From Fonticula alba ATCC 38817 (taxonomy: Eukaryota; Protista; Nucleariida), in assembly GCA_000388065.2 (NCBI GenBank), contig KB932205.1: 12,962 nt of DNA, one strand, 5' to 3'. The notes beneath the pieces were generated by a model. The model had not been told where the DNA came from, made no database searches, and saw only the letters and a list, made by a program, of their open reading frames with translations. The position numbers and the translations under genes are program-made. Below are positions 9,307 to 12,962 of this stretch, in pieces. Within the stretch, counting starts at the first letter, position 1. Every line of letters begins with the position of its first letter.

Positions 9307-10042
9307 CCCCCCCCCTCCCCCCTGCCCGTATCAGGAGGGGAGGGCGGTCTCGCCCTCTTTTGAGGGCGCCCTCAGCCTTCTTTTTTTTTTTGCCCCCGCC
9401 CAAGGGGCACCCTCTCATGTGCTTGCCATGGGTGTGCCTGCCTGTACGCTGCTTCCCTCGCGTGTGAGGGTGTCCTGCCATACAATAGAAATCCCTCTAA
9501 TGATCAGCCCCTCGGCTGGGGGTGGCGTCTTGAGCTTACCAGCTCACGGTGTCCATGTGCATCCGTCCCCGGGACGGAGCTCGGCGCTAGTCTCCCAGTG
9601 GGCCCTTGGTCTACGGATGCGGACCAGCGGACCACCCCGACCAGGGCGGAGACCCGGGAATTGGTGATGTCGTGCAGGCCGGGCGCGGCGGGGCAGGCCG
9701 AGGGGGGGGGGGGGGGGAGGGGGAAGGGGGGGGGGGTCGGGGCCGCCGAAACGAGCCTCGAATCATGTGACCATCCATGGGCTTTCTGACACACCCGCCA
9801 TCTTCGAGGAGCCGCGGGCAGGGGGGCGGGGGGCGATGCGCGCGATCCAGCAACACTTCTTAGAGGCGCTGGCTTGGTGGACGGTCCGGAAAAGGTCAGG
9901 GCAATGCCTCTCTGGCCTCCTTGCTCCCTCTGTCCCCCGTGCCTCTGCTTGGCCCTTTTGCCTCCTCTCCCCATCTCGCCTCCTCCTTGGGGTTGTTCTT
10001 TTTCTTCCGTTCTTTTTTTGGTCCTCCATCCGCACTCTCACC

Positions 10043-10275
10043 ATGCACGGCGTCCGCCGGGAACGCCTTACCGCGGCTGCGGCTAAAATTAAGCGCGAGG
10101 CCACCGAGAAGAAGATCGCCAACTACCAGGAAGTGGCGGTGGCCTTCTTCGATTTGGTGCGCCTCAGCCCCCGGCCTTCATGGCCGGGATATCCCCTGCG
10201 ACACTCCATCTTCCCTCCCAGCTGCTTATCCCCCACCTTCTGGCCCTCTGGCCCTCGCTCCCCCCTCCACTTACC

Positions 10276-10314
<39 letters not shown>

Positions 10315-11871
10315 TCACTCACTCACTCACTCACTCACTCACTCACACAACCACGCATGTGCTTCAGCGCAAGGCCCAGTGCGCGACGGTCGAGCCGGAA
10401 ACCTCGCTGCGCGTGACCTATGATCTGCTAGACCTCAACCCCGAGCTCAATACCGCCTGGAATTACCGCCGGGATGCCTTTTGCCGGCTGTTTGACATCC
10501 CGCTTGCTGGCACCAAGGAGGTCACCTACCCGGAGCTGGCCCCGGCCACGAGCATGGACGCCCGGAAGGAGCTCATCGAACAGGAGCTCCGTGGCATCGT
10601 TGGCCGTATCCGGGCCTTCCCCAAGTCCTACTGGGTCTGGCACCACCGCGTGTGGGTCATTTGCTGTCTGGTCCTCGGCATCCCGGCGCAGGGGGCCACA
10701 TCCGAGCGCCTGGGCGGCGTGCTGGCCCCGATGACGGTCGATGCCACCAATGTAACCCCCTCGCCAGCGGGCTACACTCCCGAGGAGCAGCTGGCCCTCT
10801 TGCAGAAGGAGCAGCACCTCTGCAAGGAGATGCTCCGCCTGGATGACCGGAATTGTGCGCCCAGCTCCCTGCTCTCCCCTGTGCCGCCATTCATCCCCTC
10901 TCCGATTGGCCGTTCATTTGTCGCTGCCTGCTCATCCTCCCCCCGCCCCGTCCTGTCCCTGCCGACCATTTGGCCACCTCCTGCTGGCCCGACATGATGA
11001 TCGTGTGGCCACGCGACCCAGTCCACTGCTGGGACTATCGGCGGTTTGTTGTCTCGCAGCTGGCCCGGCTGACGCAGGCCGACCGGGCGACCGGCCTGGC
11101 TGAGGTATACCAGGCGGAGTTCGACTTCACTCGGAGCAAGCTCGCCGACAACTTTTCCAACTACTCGGCTTTCCACCTGCGTACCCGCTTGCTCCCGGCG
11201 CTGGGGATGCAGCTGGATGCTGGTGCGTTTGTGGGGCGCTGCCCGCTTCAAGTGTGGCCTTTCCCGTGGTGTGTACATCTGCTGACTTCGGGCTTCCCCT
11301 GTTTGTGACCCGTTCGCCGTCTTTCCGTCTCCTTCCCTTTTTGTTTGTTGCCTTCCGCCCTTTTTTTTTCCCCTCCATGTGCCCACACTCCTGGCCGCCA
11401 TTCGGCTGGTGTCGGTCGAACAGAGTTCGAACTGGTCAACAATGCCAACTTCACCGAGCCCAATGACCAGAGCCCGTGGTTCTACCTCCGCTGGCTCCTG
11501 TCGCAGGTCCAGGCGGACCCCAACGCCAAGACCATCCTCCGTGAGCAGTTGGACAACTTGGAGCAGCTGATCGAGCTGGAGCCCGAGTGCAAGTGTACGT
11601 CGAGACTGCCTGGGGGATGTCGGTGCTTCCTGTTTCAAGCTATGCCGCCCTGGGTCCCCTTCTCCCTGTAACCCCTTGCACTGACTGCTTGTGCTCTTTC
11701 ACGCAAACAGGGCCGGTGCTCTTCTTTGCCCTCGTTGCCCAGAAGCTGGTGCTCTTCTCCTCGGAAACCGATGCCGCGGCCCTCACCCAGGCGGCTAATC
11801 TCCGGCTGACGGAACTCGAGCAGATGGACAGTCTGCGGGCCGGCTACTACCATGACCTGCAGTCCACCTGA
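10043..11871 (+). CDS. RABGGTA: Rab geranylgeranyltransferase (GGTase-II) alpha subunit, join(10043-10156,10368-10854,11022-11222,11424-11594,11711-11871), 377 aa
   Basis: The N-terminus MHGVRR is typical of RabGGTA/Bet4. Prenyltransferase-alpha repeat motifs include [26 protein letters not shown]|[44 protein letters not shown]|W and RAGYYHDL. Splicing restores conserved motifs exactly at the junctions (N-F-H, E-F-E-L, K-W). All 4 introns are in phase. Confidence 0.92.
10281..10344 (+). repeat. Compound microsatellite (AC)15 plus (ACTC)9 in RABGGTA intron 1
   Basis: AC run at 10281-10310, merging into ACTC units at 10309-10344. Confidence 0.95.
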
Positions 11872-11996
11872 AGGGGGTGGACATCAAGCAGCTTTCTCGC
11901 CCCATGTGTGGGGAGTAGGAGGCTGGTTTAGATCGACACGTCTGTCCCCCCCCCCCCTCCTCCCTTCGGGTGCACGCGAGAGCGCTTGCTTGTCGG

Positions 11997-12020
11997 TGTG
12001 TGTGTGTGTGTGTGTGTGTG
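11997..12020 (+). repeat. (TG)12 microsatellite downstream of the RABGGTA stop
   Basis: Direct reading. Confidence 0.95.
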
Positions 12021-12151
12021 CCCATTCGCTGGGGCCGGGTACGGGGCGGGGGTGAATGGACACAATCAAACGCATGCCTCCCTGTCCATTTCCTGTTTCG
12101 GCGAAATCCACAGTGTGTCTGCTCGATCGTTGAGCTAAGATAGAGACGGGT

Positions 12152-12157
12152 TTTATT
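12152..12157 (-). promoter_or_regulatory. Candidate polyadenylation signal AATAAA for ATG3
   Basis: The + strand TTTATT reads AATAAA on -, about 470 nt downstream of the ATG3 stop, in the convergent intergenic region. Whether this organism uses AATAAA is unknown. Confidence 0.35.
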
Positions 12158-12547
12158 TGGGCGTCCCACGCATTGGAGAGTGCGGGAGAGGACATGTGAA
12201 GGGGAGTGGTGGGGCGAGGAAGCACCATCCGTGTGTCGGTGCAAATGTGCGTATGCGCGCATGCTCGGAGCGACGGAAGTACCATGTATCAGAGGTGGGA
12301 GAAGGGGGAGTGGGAGAGCGGAGGGAGGGGACAAAAGCGAGGGATGCCACTGACGGGGGGCAGGTGGTGCACGGCGCACAGCGCGGCGCGAAATGGTGTC
12401 CCGTGGTGGTGATCCATGTTACCCCCGTCGTTGTGTGTAGACACATCACCGATACTGGTGGTGAACTCATTTGCTCTTGGGCTTTTCTTTTCTTTTTTTT
12501 CTTTGTCCATTTGATCAAGCTGTTGTCTTACTCTTGCGCGGGTGCAG

Positions 12548-12614
12548 GCGCGCGCGCACGCACACACGCACACGCACACGCACACGCACATACATATGCA
12601 TACACGCACACACA
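12548..12614. repeat. 67-nt alternating purine-pyrimidine tract (GC/CA/CACG/TA mix) in the ATG3 3' UTR
   Basis: Unbroken R/Y alternation, starting 8 nt downstream of the ATG3 stop on the minus strand. Confidence 0.9.
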
Positions 12615-12622
12615 GACGTGGC

Positions 12623-12766
12623 TCAGATCTGAACGGTGAAGTCGTACTCGGTGGTCGGGATGACGGCCGCGATGAACTTCAAGAAGAGAACCAGATACTG
12701 GTCAACGGTCAGGGGCTTCCCGGAGGCATGGTACTCGGCGATGAGGCGCTTCATGACGGCGGCGTG
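12623..12766 (-). CDS. ATG3: Autophagy E2-like enzyme Atg3, terminal exon (47 aa plus stop); upstream exons lie beyond the window
   Basis: The reverse complement reads polypyrimidine...TTGTAG | HAAVMKRLIAEYHASGKPLTVDQYLVLFLKFIAAVIPTTEYDFTVQI*. This matches the recalled Atg3 C-terminus H-A-x-V-M-K ... Y-L-x-x-F-L-K-F-x-x-x-V-I-P-T-x-E-Y-D-x-T. The catalytic HPC motif would sit in the preceding exon. It is not in the ORF track because it is under 60 aa. Confidence 0.9.
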   Translation of the reverse strand, partial: HAAVMKRLIAEYHASGKPLTVDQYLVLFLKFIAAVIPTTEYDFTVQI

Positions 12767-12962
12767 CTACAAGAGGGGGGAGGGAGAAGGAAGCGGAGGA
12801 GGGGGAGCGTGGGGCCGAGCGAGAGACGGGAGAACGAGTCAGCGTGGGACCAGTGGAGGGGAGGGAGAGGGAAAGAGAGAAACAGGGGGGGGGGGAAGAG
12901 TTGGACTCATTCGCGAAGAGGAAGGAAACACTCCAAGACGAAAGCCAAGAGTGACAGGGGGG
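12767..12962 (-). other. Partial spliceosomal intron of ATG3 (3' portion)
   Basis: The minus strand is strongly pyrimidine-rich, has a CTGAC branch-like motif (+ strand GTCAG, about 12838-12842), and ends in TAG at the exon boundary. Confidence 0.8.

Noticed and set aside
9678-9691. GCCGGGCGCGGCGG, resembling the 5' end of 7SL/Alu
   Set aside because: Similarity stops after 14 nt, no SRP helix 8 motif follows, and such a match is expected in GC-rich DNA.
9767-10997. ORFs 9767-10423 and 9921-10997 as N-terminal extensions of RABGGTA
   Set aside because: They translate the pyrimidine leader and the intron microsatellite. The conserved MHG start at 10043 is in a good context (CACC-ATG).
12385-12393. 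GCGCGAAA, an E2F-like site on the minus strand
   Set aside because: It lies between convergent 3' ends, not in a promoter position.
512-12766. Functional cluster of membrane and lipidation genes (Nup133, thioesterase, RabGGTase, Atg3)
   Set aside because: The pathways are unrelated and no shared regulatory element is evident. Adjacency in a compact eukaryotic genome is sufficient unless synteny is shown.
1-12962. CRISPR array, transposon, tRNA or rRNA, or alternative genetic code
   Set aside because: I see no spaced repeats, terminal inverted repeats, transposase or RT motifs, or cloverleaf. All four genes translate cleanly with the standard code (stops TGA, TAG, TGA, TGA).

Overview
Eukaryotic, GC-rich, intron-rich genomic DNA with three sized N-gaps. 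It is not prokaryotic: I see no operon, CRISPR array or mobile element. I rebuilt four spliced genes by hand from GT-AG junctions that keep the reading frame. (1) An 11-exon Nup133-like nucleoporin on + (512-6569, about 1471 aa). (2) A 2-exon hotdog-fold thioesterase, THEM6/4HBT-like, on + (8093-9124, 288 aa). (3) A 5-exon Rab geranylgeranyltransferase alpha subunit on + (10043-11871, 377 aa). (4) The last exon of ATG3 on - (12623-12766), which is too short for the ORF track. Most long ORFs in the track are antisense shadows or microsatellite read-throughs. The sequence style recalls a GC-rich protist such as Paratrimastix (Preaxostyla), but this is an unverified impression. I found no clear new multi-gene system. 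The best leads are the splicing signals (C at donor +4 in 14 of 15 introns, long AG-free zones), a bacterial-looking thioesterase, unusual inserts in Nup133, and recurring non-coding tracts around start and stop codons. Protein identities rest on recalled family motifs, not on database searches.
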